A stretch of DNA of 64,000 bases from Candidatus Latescibacterota bacterium (GCA_965198115.1 OZ240241.1:3968001-4032000); one strand, 5' to 3'. Positions 42,757 through 54,362 are shown, numbered from the stretch's first letter. A program made the numbers and translations. Notes: generated by a model not told the origin, from the sequence alone.

Positions 42757-43410
42757 ATGCGAACCATTTTTGTGGGCGACATTCACGGTTGTGCAGAGGA
42801 GTTTCAGGAGATTCTGAAGTCCAGTGGATTCAGAAAGGGCACCGACCGGTTGCTGCTGACCGGAGATGCGTTCTCGAAGGGCCCCGACCCATTCGGTGTC
42901 TGGAAACTGATGCTCGAAAACGGCGCGGAAATGGTCATCGGCAACCACGACTCGGAGCTGGTAGACCTGATCGAGGGAGGCGCCGAGCCCGATGAAGACC
43001 AGGCCGTCACACTGTCCCAACTCGATGCCGTCAAAGACGAACTCGCTCTCTGGATCGGGGTCCAGTCTCACTACATTCGTGAAATGGATTTCATTCTCGT
43101 CCACGCCGGCATCAACCCGGAGAAGGGACTGGACCGCACGACACGGAACGAATTTCTCGCCATTCGGACCTGGCCGCCGACCGATGGGGTCGAGGGCCCT
43201 CGGTGGCACGACCACTTCGAACCCATTGAAGGCAAGGTCGTGATTTTCGGCCACGATGCAGTCGGTGGGTTGGTCCACAAAAAGCGCCCCGAGAACGACA
43301 CCACCTACCTCGTCGGTCTCGACACGGGCTGCGTCTACGGGGGCTCCTTGAGCGCATACGTACTCGAACAGGACGACTTCGTCCAGGTCGAAAGTCAGCA
43401 GCCACAGTAG
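42757..43410 (+). CDS. Calcineurin-like metallophosphoesterase (ApaH/PPP-like)
   Basis: GDIHG, GD..SKGP, GNHD, VHAG, FGH, LDTGCVYGG. Confidence 0.92.
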   Translation: MRTIFVGDIHGCAEEFQEILKSSGFRKGTDRLLLTGDAFSKGPDPFGVWKLMLENGAEMVIGNHDSELVDLIEGGAEPDEDQAVTLSQLDAVKDELALWIGVQSHYIREMDFILVHAGINPEKGLDRTTRNEFLAIRTWPPTDGVEGPRWHDHFEPIEGKVVIFGHDAVGGLVHKKRPENDTTYLVGLDTGCVYGGSLSAYVLEQDDFVQVESQQPQ

Positions 43411-43573
43411 GACGTATTGTTCGAGCGGGCATTGGGGCGTGCAGGCGTGGCAACAAATGCGCCGCATCCTCTGACACAGTAGTACAGCAACAAGGGCGAG
43501 ATCCTCGACGAAGGTTCTCGCCCCCATAATTTCCATTCAGAATTTTGCCTTCTGCCTTCTGCTCTACTTGCGC

Positions 43574-45226
43574 TCAGCTTTGGCGCAGGCTGAGATCCCC
43601 CCGCTCTACATTCAGCCGAACCTTGGCGGACCCTTCCCCCATCCGTCCGGAAATGCGATGGCTTTTCTTGTTCGGCTTCGTCACTTCGATGCCCGCCACG
43701 TCGCACCTAACCGTCCCGTGTTTGACATTGCCCTCGACCTCAACGTCCGACCCTTGCGGCAGCGCCAGATCGACCGGCCCGCCGTTATTGTTAATCGTAT
43801 AGTCATCGGTCACTGGCCCGTCGGGGTGGACGGTGACAGGGCCTTGCTTCGAGCTGATCGTCACCCCACCAGAAACGGCCTTCAGCTCGATCGGATCGAA
43901 CGACCCATTGACGATCACATCGCCCTTCGCCTCTGTGATGCACACCGGGCTGTGCTTCCCCTCGATCGCGGCGACACCTCCGACGAAGTCCAGCTCCACA
44001 CGTGCGTGACCGGATTTAATAGATGCGTCCTTTCCCACGCGCCCAATCTCGACGGGGGTGTGACTGCTATCGATAGCCACGGCACCTTCGACTTGATCGG
44101 CCTTCACTGAACCGTGGCGAACCGTGACCGTCAGATCGCCCCCAATCCGACGACCGCGGAATGCACCGTGGCTGGCATCCAGAACGAGGTTGTCCTGGAT
44201 GTCCTTTTCGAAATGTAGCTCAGTGTGTCGAATCCGGCTTCCGATGCTACCTCCGACCGACGCGATCGTCGTATTCGCGTGAGCGGAAAAGAGATCTAAA
44301 TCCTTCCCGATGGGGCCAATTGTTGCGTTGCCGTGTTGGTTCCTCAGCGACAGTCTGCCACTCGTCTCCTTTAGCGTCAGATTACCGTGCCGAACCTCTA
44401 CGGTGGCTTCAGAATCAACCGAAGCCACCGTCACGTTCCCGTGGCTCTGCCGGAGTCTGAGCGCGCCTTTTACGTCCCCCACACTCGTATGACCGTGCGA
44501 GTTACGGACGGCGACCTCTCCATCTATTTCTGGGGTCCGTGTATCACCGTGCCGTGACTCGATATCCAGATCGGCTTTTTTCGGTACCTGGATTTCGAAG
44601 TTCGCTACCCAGGATCCACGAAGCTCGCCTTCTTCGTTCGGTAAACTGGACTCGATACGAATTCCGTCTTCGGCATTCAACACGTCGATCTCGACCGAAT
44701 CGGCGAGAAGCGCAGCCTCTTCTTCCGTGCGAGCTCGCGCCACGATTTCAACGTCGAAGGAAATCTCGTCGCGTTCCCACGTCTCGATCTTAACATCTCC
44801 TTTTCCGTTCCGGACGGATAGTGTCGCTCCAGACTCGAACGGTCGGTTGTCACTGAATCGCCGAATGGCCTCCTCCCGCGCACCTCGACCTCTTGATCGC
44901 CGTCGCCGATTACGCGTCGTTGTCCGTATGACAGACCGAACGATTCGCTCGGCGCCCTTCACGGCCCCCACTGCTTCCGGTACGATCTGACGGACGGCGG
45001 CTTCCGCTTCAGCCATCCCGGCGCGAATCTCGTCACCCAACCCATCCAGCGGATCGAATGGATCTTCTTCCTCCTCTTCTTCCTCCCGTTTCCCCGCATC
45101 TTCGGGTTCTCTCGGTGCTTCCGGCTCCCCATCGTCCTCGAGCGCTGCGAGCAGACGCTCTGCTTCATCGACGTTCAGCTTGCCTTCCGCCAGCATCTCC
45201 AGCACGCGTTTCCGTTCCTCACTCAT
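43574..45226 (-). CDS. DUF4097-type beta-repeat protein with N-terminal SHOCT-like helix
   Basis: MSEERKRVLEMLAEGKLNVDEAERLLAAL start, followed by repeated beta-strand units (..HG..). Confidence 0.8.
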   Translation of the reverse strand: MSEERKRVLEMLAEGKLNVDEAERLLAALEDDGEPEAPREPEDAGKREEEEEEEDPFDPLDGLGDEIRAGMAEAEAAVRQIVPEAVGAVKGAERIVRSVIRTTTRNRRRRSRGRGAREEAIRRFSDNRPFESGATLSVRNGKGDVKIETWERDEISFDVEIVARARTEEEAALLADSVEIDVLNAEDGIRIESSLPNEEGELRGSWVANFEIQVPKKADLDIESRHGDTRTPEIDGEVAVRNSHGHTSVGDVKGALRLRQSHGNVTVASVDSEATVEVRHGNLTLKETSGRLSLRNQHGNATIGPIGKDLDLFSAHANTTIASVGGSIGSRIRHTELHFEKDIQDNLVLDASHGAFRGRRIGGDLTVTVRHGSVKADQVEGAVAIDSSHTPVEIGRVGKDASIKSGHARVELDFVGGVAAIEGKHSPVCITEAKGDVIVNGSFDPIELKAVSGGVTISSKQGPVTVHPDGPVTDDYTINNNGGPVDLALPQGSDVEVEGNVKHGTVRCDVAGIEVTKPNKKSHRISGRMGEGSAKVRLNVERGDLSLRQS

Positions 45227-45650
45227 CTTCTGCCTCCTCATCGATTGGGGACCCACCTCGAAGCAACTCCGCCGCCTGGTCGGCCGTGATGTCTCCTCGG
45301 TCCAGTTGATCCAGCACAGTGGTTCGGTCGGGCGTCGAAGACGAACTCGAGCGGCGACGCGACCGGGTCTCACGATCCGAACCGTCCGATTCGAATCCCA
45401 ATCGCCCGATCACCTCGTCCAGCCGATTCCGAACGGCGTTGTAGGCCACCCCGAGTTCACGCTCCATCTCCCGGACGTTACCCCGAAGCCGGATAAACAT
45501 CTCGGCGAACGCCAAATCCTCGGGTGACAGCTTGCAAAACACGGACGTTTGAAAGGCCCCGTGCACTTCGGTCTCGCAACGCCCGCAACGCAGCCGTGTC
45601 ACCGTCAGGTCGTCACCACAGGCAGGGCATCTTTCGATCACTTTTCGCAT
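45219..45650 (-). CDS. DUF2089 family protein (Zn ribbon + HTH)
   Basis: CPACG..L.CGRC, RGNVREMERELGVAYNAVRNRLDE. Confidence 0.9.
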   Translation of the reverse strand: MRKVIERCPACGDDLTVTRLRCGRCETEVHGAFQTSVFCKLSPEDLAFAEMFIRLRGNVREMERELGVAYNAVRNRLDEVIGRLGFESDGSDRETRSRRRSSSSSTPDRTTVLDQLDRGDITADQAAELLRGGSPIDEEAEDE

Positions 45651-45740
45651 AGTTTAACCTCTACACGACATTTTACACGATTCAGATCTCAATTTAAGTA
45701 TTTATTTTCATAAATAGACAATAAATTTTCATGTATGGGC

Positions 45741-45778
45741 AAAAAAGTGGCTCCGAACCGCGAATTCGGAGCCACTTT
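45741..45778 (-). terminator. Intrinsic terminator
   Basis: AAAAAAGTGGCTCCGAA...TTCGGAGCCACTTT. The U-tract is on the minus strand, downstream of 45918-46982. Confidence 0.85.
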
Positions 45779-45917
45779 CCATTGTAAAGTTGGAGCGTCA
45801 CGTCTGTTCGGCAGTTATTGACGGTCTATACGCCCTCCACGCGCTATCGGGTGGAATCGCAGGGTGCTTTCGGTTTTCCTGAACACCGAACACTGTCTGC
45901 AGCCGCAGGCTGCGGCC

Positions 45918-46982
45918 TTAGCCCTCCGCCATCACCGTCTTCAGCAGGGCCCGCATATAGCCCAGCTCCCAGGCGAACCCGAGACTTCCGCCCGCGAATC
46001 CATCATCCCCTTCGATCCCCAAAGCGTGATCGGGGTCGAACGCCCCCTCGTAACCGTGCTTCTTGAAGAGCCCCATCACCTCCAGCATATCGAGGTCGCC
46101 CTCGTCCAGAAAGTCCTCCTGGTAGTCCCCGGCCGGTACCGTCCCTTTCGGGTTTCGGAAATGCGCGTAAAAGATCTTCCCGCGACTCAAGAGGGTGTCC
46201 ATCGCCGCCATCGTATCCTCGCCCATCTCGTGCAACGTCCCGATGCAGAGCAGGAGACCGCTTCGCGGACTGTCGACTAGGTCCACGAGTCGGGTCAGCC
46301 CCTCGACCGTGTTGTTCACTTGTTCAACACCACGATACACACGCTCCGGTGGATCGTTCGGGTGCGCCCCGACGTTCACCCCCGCTTCCTCCGCGGCCGG
46401 AATCACCGCCTCGTACATTCGGCCGATCCGATCCCACATCTGATCCGCCGAAATCATCCCATACGGCGCCACCGAGTCATCCGGGGTATTCGCCTGGTCC
46501 CTTTCGGCCAGATGTCCCCGATGGGTCAACAGGATGGCCCCACCACGGCCGTTCGGACGATAGTATCGACCCGGACCGGATCCCACGCGCACCGAATCCG
46601 GCTCGGGCGGTGGTGCCCCGGGCATATCGCCCCACGCCGTGGGCAGGCTTCGCCACGGTGTCAGGTTGTAGTAGAGAAATGGAACATCCGCCTCCCCTGC
46701 GGCGCGCACACAGGCCACGACATCATCGATCTCCTGTTGAGCGTTCGGTCCATCGGTCAGGATATCGTGAGTCGCCTGCGGTCGAAGTCTGAGCGTGAAC
46801 ACGTCCAATCCGTGGGCAGCGATCGCAGCCTTCGCCCTCTTCAGATCCTCCACATCGATGCGGCCCGTCTGGTTGTAGCTGTCCAACCCATAGGCTCCCA
46901 AACCCACGCCGTGCGCCCCCATCTGCTTCGCATAGCGCATCCGCCCTTCCGACAACTCGCCGAGACTGACTGAGATTTTCAT
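45918..46982 (-). CDS. Mannonate dehydratase (UxuA)-like protein
   Basis: VIPAAEEAGV..AHPNDPP, LCIGT, HFRN, EGDLDM, DPDH. Confidence 0.85.
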   Translation of the reverse strand: MKISVSLGELSEGRMRYAKQMGAHGVGLGAYGLDSYNQTGRIDVEDLKRAKAAIAAHGLDVFTLRLRPQATHDILTDGPNAQQEIDDVVACVRAAGEADVPFLYYNLTPWRSLPTAWGDMPGAPPPEPDSVRVGSGPGRYYRPNGRGGAILLTHRGHLAERDQANTPDDSVAPYGMISADQMWDRIGRMYEAVIPAAEEAGVNVGAHPNDPPERVYRGVEQVNNTVEGLTRLVDLVDSPRSGLLLCIGTLHEMGEDTMAAMDTLLSRGKIFYAHFRNPKGTVPAGDYQEDFLDEGDLDMLEVMGLFKKHGYEGAFDPDHALGIEGDDGFAGGSLGFAWELGYMRALLKTVMAEG

Positions 46983-47206
46983 TGCACCTCCTCGCCTGTC
47001 CTTGAACAGATCAATTGCTCATCCGGCCGGCCGGCAATATACTCACGGCGTTGGTCACCGGCATCCGCCGGATTTCCGTGATTCAGCGGGCACATACAGT
47101 GGGCGAAGAGCAAGTGATGTTTCTGTCCTCTGTCTACTGTCATCTGCCAATGGGGCGAAGCCGTCTTCCGCCCACAGCCTACTGCCGACCGCCACGGTCT
47201 TACAAG

Positions 47207-47458
47207 ATGCCAAAACAACCTCTATCGCGATTCCTATTCGCCCTCTTCCTCCTGGCTATGATCATGGGCCCCGGCCCGGGCCTCCGCCTCGTCAACCCCG
47301 ACCCAGCCGACCCGAACGCAGTCTATACGATGCTGGGACTGCCCGTCATCTACGTCTGGGGCCTCTTCTGGTACGCCGTCCAACTCGTCGCCATCATCAT
47401 CGCCTACAGGAAATTATGGACCACCGAAAACAGCGACGCGCCGCAGCATCAGGACTAA
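47207..47458 (+). CDS. Small two-helix membrane protein (symporter-associated)
   Basis: LGLPVIYVWGLFW. Directly upstream of an SSS gene. Confidence 0.7.
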   Translation: MPKQPLSRFLFALFLLAMIMGPGPGLRLVNPDPADPNAVYTMLGLPVIYVWGLFWYAVQLVAIIIAYRKLWTTENSDAPQHQD

Positions 47459-47502
47459 CGCGACCTCCCAGTTTCCCCATTTCCTAATTCCCTGATTTCC
47501 CA

Positions 47503-49104
47503 ATGAGCCTCATCCCCACAACCGTCCTCCTCCTCTACCTCCTGATGCTGCTCGTCTTCGGCATCGTTGGATACCTCCGCAGCAAGAACGATGAAACAGA
47601 CTATTATCTCGCCGGTCGGTCCCAGGGCTGGGTCGTCTCCTCCCTCACAATTATGGCCACCTTCTTCAGCTCGTTCGCGTTGCTCGGCGCCCCGGGGATG
47701 GTCTACCGCGACGGCGCTGTCTTCGCGCTCTTCAGCCTCAACGTGCCCGTCGCGGGCGCCGCCGTCTACCTCGTCGGGTCCCGCATACGCCGGATCGGTC
47801 GAGCTCGCGGTTACGTCACACCCGCCGACATGATCGCCGATCATTACCAGAGCCCCGTCGGCATTCGGCTTCTCGTCGCCCTCATCGGCGTCCTCTACGC
47901 GGTGCCCTACGTCGTCATCCAGATCCAGGCGGGCGGCATCCTTTCGCAACAACTCTTCGGTGTCGAAACCGCGTTCGAGACAGGCGCCATCCTGCTCGCC
48001 GTCATCACGATGCTCTACATTATGGGTGGTGGGATGCGCAGCGTCGCCTGGACCGACGTCGTGCAGGGCGTCCTGCTCGTCGCAGGTATGCTCACCGCCG
48101 GCATCGCCGTCGTTGCCGTCCTGGGCGGGCCGAGTGCCTTCTTTGCTCGCGTCGCCGAGCTCCCACCGAAATCCCTGTCTGTCCCTGGCACGGCCGGCCA
48201 CTGGAAACCCGAAATCCTGCTCACGGCATCCCTCTTCGCCTCCCTCGGCTCGATGATCCAGCCGGCCCAATGGATGCGGTTCTACGCCGCGCGCGACGAC
48301 GAAGTCCTCCGACGGAGCGCCCTCATCTTCGCGGCCGTGCTCACATCCTGCTTCTTCTTCGGTGTGATGCTCGTCGGACTCGGCGGCCAGGTGCTCTACC
48401 CCATCGTCGACGAGGCGGGAAACTATCTCACGAATGCCGCAGGCCGCCTCGTGCCAAATCCCGCCGTCGGCTCCGCCCCCAACGAATTCGACCGGATCCT
48501 CGTCGTCGTCCTCGACAACCACCTGCCGGAGCTCCTCGGAACAGTCGGCGCCGTCATCGCCTCCGTCATCGTCGTCGCCATTATGGCCGCCGCAATGAGC
48601 ACGGCCGACAGCAACCTCCACGCGATGAGCGCCCTCCTCACTCACGACATCTACGATCAGTTCATCCGCCCCCAAGCCAGTCAACGGGAACGGACCTGGG
48701 TCGGCCGTCTGCTCATCGCCGTCGCCACGATCGTGGCTCTGACGCTCGTCATCATCGGCCGCCGCAGCGAGAGCAACCCCCTCGGAATGATCGTCATCCT
48801 CGGCCTCCTCGCGATTGCCTTCTCCACCCAGCTCCTGCCCGTCGCGGTCGATATGTTGTTCATCAAGAGGGGATCCCGCGAGGGTGCCATCGCCGGCATC
48901 GTCGCCGGCCTGCTCACCGTCTTCGCCCTCAGCCCCTTCTGGCCGATGCTTGCCGGGCAGGCACTCGGGGGTCTCATCGCCACAATGAAAGCCACCTTCG
49001 ACGTCGGTGCCTGGGGACTCATCGTCAACGTCCTCATCTTCGCCGTAGTCACCCGGTATGGGTCGCCGCAATCGGATCGTGTGGTTGCTTCATCCGGCGA
49101 TTGA
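47503..49104 (+). CDS. Sodium:solute symporter
   Basis: DYYLAGR, ATFFSSFALLGAPG, GGMRSVAWTDVVQG, AAAMSTADS. Confidence 0.95.
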   Translation: MSLIPTTVLLLYLLMLLVFGIVGYLRSKNDETDYYLAGRSQGWVVSSLTIMATFFSSFALLGAPGMVYRDGAVFALFSLNVPVAGAAVYLVGSRIRRIGRARGYVTPADMIADHYQSPVGIRLLVALIGVLYAVPYVVIQIQAGGILSQQLFGVETAFETGAILLAVITMLYIMGGGMRSVAWTDVVQGVLLVAGMLTAGIAVVAVLGGPSAFFARVAELPPKSLSVPGTAGHWKPEILLTASLFASLGSMIQPAQWMRFYAARDDEVLRRSALIFAAVLTSCFFFGVMLVGLGGQVLYPIVDEAGNYLTNAAGRLVPNPAVGSAPNEFDRILVVVLDNHLPELLGTVGAVIASVIVVAIMAAAMSTADSNLHAMSALLTHDIYDQFIRPQASQRERTWVGRLLIAVATIVALTLVIIGRRSESNPLGMIVILGLLAIAFSTQLLPVAVDMLFIKRGSREGAIAGIVAGLLTVFALSPFWPMLAGQALGGLIATMKATFDVGAWGLIVNVLIFAVVTRYGSPQSDRVVASSGD

Positions 49105-49213
49105 TTATTTCTTTGTCCTACGGCTTCGCGCCGGCAGCAGCCTCCGCGTAAAGAGCCGTTCCTCCGCACCTGGGTGGCCGAGATCCCACGCCCATCGCTT
49201 AAGCGAGGGAAGC

Positions 49214-50397
49214 GTGACCCACAACCCGCTTCGGGCCATTGCCGAGTCAGCAAGAGAGCTCATTTTCTCCTGCACGCTCGATGGACGCGTCCTCTACGCC
49301 AACAGCGCGATGCAAACAGCCAGTGGCCTGACCGCCGACGACAATATCCTCGAACGAATCCATCCAGATTACCTCGACGACTTCCGAAGGGCCCTCACCA
49401 CATCCGAATCATTGGGACCAGCCGAAACGGCCCTCAAGGTAGCAGGGGCCGATTTCTGTTTCTGAACGGATCCATCGGTCGCCTTCCCGGCGAAGAACCG
49501 TCCGTCTACGGGATTTTCGTCGATGTCACGGACCGGAAACGGGCGGAGGATGTGCTCGCCAGGCAGGCCACCGAGCTTGTCCGCGCAACCGAGGGGCTGG
49601 AACAACGCGACAAGGAGTTCGGCGAAGCGCTTGAGCAGGCGGAAAAGTATCGGGAGACGCTCAAGCGAGCCGAGGAGCTCGGCAGAATCAACGAGGAACT
49701 CAAAGCAGAAGTCGAGCGACGGACGAAGGCGGAGGAGGAAATCCGCGCGTCATTGCAGGAAAAGGAGGTGCTCCTCAAGGAGGTCCACCACCGGGTCAAG
49801 AACAACCTGCAGATCATATCAAGCCTGCTCAACCTGCAGGCGAGTCGGCAAAACGACGAGAACCTGAACTCTATGTTCGACGAAAGCCAGGCCCGGATTC
49901 GATCGATGGCTCTGATCCACGAACAACTCTACCAGTCCGACGACCTGGCAACCGTTGACTTCAAGGACTACCTCACCACCCTCGTCGCGTCCCTGTTCCG
50001 GACGTTCGGCCGCCACGCGGGTCGTGTCCGATCCGAACTCGCGATCGAACCCATCTCCCTCGGTCTGGACACCGCCATCCCACTCGGTCTGATCGTGAAC
50101 GAGTTGATCAGCAATGCCCTAAAATACGCCTTCCCAGAAGGTGCGGCTGGCACCATCTCCCTCAAGGTCAAACACGACTCATCAGGACAGATCCGGCTAT
50201 CCATCAGCGACGATGGTGTGGGCCTCCCGGACAGCGTCGATGAATCCTCCTCCCTGGGTCTCAGGTTGGTTGGAACCCTATGCCAACAACTCGGCACACA
50301 ACTCGAGATCTCGCGCCATCACACGACCTGCTTCACCGTTGTTGCCGGGAGGAGTGAAAATAGGATAGCATCCTATGAGATTGTGGAAGGGGGCTGA
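49214..50397 (+). CDS. PAS-domain sensor histidine kinase (HisKA_2 type), frameshift near 49455
   Basis: PAS motifs (YANSA, IHPD), [28 protein letters not shown]. The stop codon overlaps the IS256 copy 3 end. Confidence 0.88.
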
Positions 50398-50820
50398 GCT
50401 ATAATCAAAAGGTGTGGAAAAAGAGAAAGGGCGACCCTACCCTTCCCGTGAGATAGTTGATTCACACAAAACCGGGTGAGAGGCCCGGTTGGGAAGGAGG
50501 ATCGCCGTGAAGGAACATACGCATAGAGCCCCATTGAAGTCCATGCCGACGTGGGAGACGGTTGACGATTGGATCCGTGAAGAGATCCAGGGCCGGTTCC
50601 AGTCCATTCTGGAGGAGGAGGCGACCGCGTTCTTGGGCCGGTCGTGGTATGAGCGCCGAGCCGAGGTCGATAGCTCCAGGGGCTACAGGAACGGCTACGG
50701 CAAGCCCCGGCGTCTCTCGACGAGCTGCGGAACGATCAAGGTCCGGCGTCCCCGGGTTCGTGGTCTGGAAGAGCGGTTTGAAAGCCGCATCCTCCCCCTG
50801 TTCGCCCAGAGAACCAGGGC
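50396..50820 (+). mobile_element. IS256-family element, copy 3 (left 425 bp only)
   Basis: Starts with the left IR GAGCTATAATC. Identity to the other copies ends abruptly at 50820. Confidence 0.95.
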
Positions 50821-50879
50821 GTAAAGCCTTAGCCGAAAAACGGTCGATCCCGGCAGCCTGTCCGTAGGTCGCCGAATCC

Positions 50880-51341
50880 GACGCGGATTGTATGCCGCAG
50901 CGTAAACCTTCCGTCAGATGCAGTACGTCCGCCACGCGTAAACCTTCCGTCAGATCGTAACCCCGCACACAAGGCCTGCCTGTCCAGGCTCCAACGCACC
51001 GGTCGCTGTGTCTGACGCGGATTCTATGCGTTGCGACATCCAGTTCTGTCCGTTTCCGTCATGCATAAACCTTCCGTCAGATCACGATGGCTGCGCGACT
51101 GCCTACACCCGGTCGCCTGTCCGCCAGGCGGCACTGCCTGACGCGGATTCTATGCGTCGCGGATGGGACGGTCTGACGCGGATTCTATTGCGTAGCGGCG
51201 GCAGTCTGACGCGGATTATACGCGTGCGCATAGATCACGCGTCTCTCTGAATGCGATTGGGGGGATGACATGGGAGTACAAAAAATATCCGTCAGATTTT
51301 CTCAATTTGGCAGTGCCTGCAAAAAATATCCGTCAGATTTT
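50880..51341. repeat. Cluster of ten short repeats, nine sharing a CTGACG/CGTCAG core
   Basis: GACGCGGATT x5 (50880, 51014, 51140, 51175, 51208). TAAACCTTCCGTCAGAT x3 (50903, 50939, 51066). CAAAAAATATCCGTCAGATTTT x2 (51279, 51320). Confidence 0.9.
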
Positions 51342-51386
51342 TCTCTCCCGCATAGACGAGGTTGGAGGAAAGCTGTATATTAAAGG

Positions 51387-53025
51387 ATGACGACGCGAAT
51401 TCCCACCTCTCACAGAACAACAACAATGCGAGTTCAGGTCAATAGGTGTGTAAAAGAAATCAGGCGGCCATCTTCCCGGCTTCGACCTGCGGTCCGGTTG
51501 AGTGTTTCTGATCGTAGACTTGTTGTAGCAAGTGTGGCGCGGTGAGTTTCCTGAATCGGCTCTCTGCGACCTTGAGCGTACGCCAGATGAGAGTCGTGGC
51601 GTTCCTGACTTTCTTGAATCGCCTGGCGGCGTTTGTGCGAAGCCGAACGGAAGCAAAGGGGCTCTCGACGACGTTCGTGGTTCTCAGGTGTTTCCAGTGT
51701 TCCTTCGGGAAGTCGTAGAACGTGACCATCCGATCCCAGTCTCTTTCGAGCGTCTCCACGGCGGCAGGGAACTGTGAGCGATACCGTGCGGCAAAGCGTT
51801 TCCGGAGCTTCTCGGCCTCCTTTTTCGTGCCGGCATAGGGGATCTGGACGAGCAGTGCGCGGGCTTCAGCCTGTGCACGCTTGGCGACCTTGTCGAGCAC
51901 GTTGAGGATCTTGTGGTTCCAGCACCGTTGTTGCCGGCTCTCTGGCCAGACCTGATCAACGGCCGCCCAGATGCCCATATTCCCGTCCGCGGCGATCAGG
52001 ACAGGATGTTCGAGCCCGCGATCCCGGAGATCCCGGAGCACCGTGAGCCAGGATTCTGTAGACTCTCGATAACCGGGTTCTATCGCCAGGATCTCCTTGC
52101 TGCCGTCGCTCATCGCGCCGATCACGACCAGCAGACACGCCTTCTCGCGCTCGAGCCCGGCTTTGACGTAGATGCCATCAGCCCAGGCGTAGACCAGTTC
52201 GCGATTATCCAGACGCCTTTCTTTCCAGTCCTGGAAGTCGACCTCCCACTTCCCTCGAAGACGAGCGATCGAGGTCGGCGAAAGCGGCGCGCCATCACCG
52301 AGCAGCGCACGCAAAGACAACTCGAAGTCGCCTGGGAGAGACCGTGGAGATAAAGGTCGGGAAGCAGATCTCCAATGGCCCTGGTTCTCCGGGCGAACAG
52401 GGGGAGGATGCGGCTTTCAAACCGCTCTTCCAGACCACGAACCCGGGGACGCCGGACCTTGATCGTTCCGCAGCTCGTCGAGAGACGCCGGGGCTTGCCG
52501 TAGCCGTTCCTGTAGCCCCTGGAGCTATCGACCTCGGCTCGGCGCTCATACCACGACCGGCCCAAGAACGCGGTCGCCTCCTCCTCCAGAATGGACTGGA
52601 ACCGGCCCTGGATCTCTTCACGGATCCAATCGTCAACCGTCTCCCACGTCGGCATGGACTTCAATGGGGCTCTATGCGTATGTTCCTTCACGGCGATCCT
52701 CCTTCCCAACCGGGCCTCTCACCCGGTTTTGTGTGAATCAACTATCTCACGGGAAGGGTAGGGTCGCCCTTTCTCTTTTTCCACACCTTTTGATTATAGC
52801 TCAACAATGCCCGGAACCTACACTATCAGGATGGGGAATGCTCAGATCAATGTGAGATTTCCCGATGGGGTTTTACTGTCAGATGCGGATTCCGAAATCC
52901 TCAAGTCCAGGTTCGGAAAACTGATAGACAGTCTTCGGGTTATTTGGACTTTGGCCGCTGGAGAACCAAAAGACACCCACGATGATGCAGAAAGCCCCGG
53001 TAGCGACCCTGAAACAGACAGTTGA
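51387..53025 (+). pseudogene. Small hypothetical ORF split by IS256 copy 4
   Basis: MTTRIPTSHRTTTM joins in frame across the target duplication to PGTYTIRMGNAQINVRF... Confidence 0.4.
51430..52802 (-). mobile_element. IS256-family element, copy 4 (1-bp deletion near 52330)
   Basis: Both IRs present. 8-bp target duplication AACAATGC (51422-51429, 52803-52810). Confidence 0.97.
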
Positions 53026-53375
53026 GAGCCTTTACATCCCTTCCGTTGCCACAAGACGCCGTAAGCACATCAATCCACATAAAAAATTCACATCTGAAAG
53101 CTGATCCAGGCCGAATAAAGCGTTCTGGTGCCTTCGATTCACGAAAACTTAATTTCCCTTGTTTGTACCGGATCGTGGCTTAAAAAGCCTGTATGGAGGT
53201 TTGGCGGGGGTGAACGGGTGTCGGGAAGGCAGGTAGGACAGTTTCTTTTGAGGAATTATGAATAGAAGCAATTGCGAGAGAACATGAAGACGAATTCATA
53301 GGGAATTATATACCTGAGTGCCCAGGGAGGGGGTCTAGCATTGCTTGACTTCGTGTACCATCAGGATGAAGTCCC

Positions 53376-54205
53376 TCATCCAACGACCAAGGCTTCCGTC
53401 ATTCCGTTCCGTAGGCTCTCGGTCGCGCCCAAGTGGTAGAAATGCGAGAAGGTCCTGATCTTGTATTCCGCAAAGGCTTCGTGCAGTCGCTCATTCTTCC
53501 GGTACTTGTTCTCCGACCACATGGAATACAGGAATGGACAGGGCAGTGCCTTCAATCCATCTTCCAGGCGCAAAGCATCTTCGTCGGTCCATGTGTTGAA
53601 ATAGTCAGTGAACCGGCCAGCATAGGGGGGGTCTGCGTAGACGAAATCATCCTGCCGGACTTCGTTCAGAATATCCGTCCAGTCGGCATGGACGAATTTC
53701 CAATCCTTGCCCCTCATCACTGTCCGCGACCTTCTCAACCTGATTGCATATCTTCGTGATGTAGGCGGGACGAAACCGCTCCGGTTTTCGGCAGAATGGG
53801 GTGTTGAAGCGTCCCTTTTTGTTGAACCGCATGAGACCGTTGAAGCATGAACGGTTGAGAAAAAGAAAATCGTGCGGATCGTGGTTGGCATTGAAGCGTT
53901 CCCACCCGATAGTAATGCTCTTGGCCGTCTCGCAAGAGTTCTGCCCCTTCCCGCTCCAAGAACTCGCGCACCGAGCTGGCGGTAAGCGTACTCCGCTGAA
54001 CGGCTTGGTAGAAGTGGATCAGGTGACAGTTCGTATCGCCCAGCAACGCACGATCTGGGTTGATGTTCATAGGCACGACGGTGGAGCCGACAAAAGGCTC
54101 TACCCATTTGCCCTCTCCGTCCCAAACGGCGCTCTCTCGGATAAGTGGGACGATCTTCGTCTTGATGCCCTGCATCTTGAGCGGCGGGACGAGAACGCCG
54201 GTCAC
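53376..54205 (-). CDS. Dam/M.EcoRV-like N6-adenine DNA methyltransferase, two frameshifts (about 53900 and 53720)
   Basis: [58 protein letters not shown]. Confidence 0.88.
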
Positions 54206-54362
54206 GCGACCAGTTCCCGATACCGGAGCTGCATCCCTTCAAGGCCCCGGACAATCGCCCGCATCTGTTGGATGGTATCGAGCGGACGGATGTTGTGACG
54301 GTCGCTGAACTCGTTGACGTAAACGCTGAAGGTGTTTTGGGGATATTCGATGGTAGATGCCT
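54202..54362 (-). pseudogene. IS1595-family transposase C-terminal remnant
   Basis: GIYHRISPKHLQR(+1 base)YVNEFSDRHNIRPLDTIQQM...LRYRELVA, stop. Confidence 0.8.

Noticed and set aside
12592-49071. Long antisense or alternate-frame ORFs (for example 12592-13773, 19514-20440, 34235-35188, 47455-49071)
   Set aside because: They are shadows of well-supported genes in GC-rich DNA and carry no recognisable motifs.
50880-51341. CRISPR array
   Set aside because: Repeats are only 10-22 bp, fall in three classes and both orientations, are irregularly spaced, and no cas genes are present.
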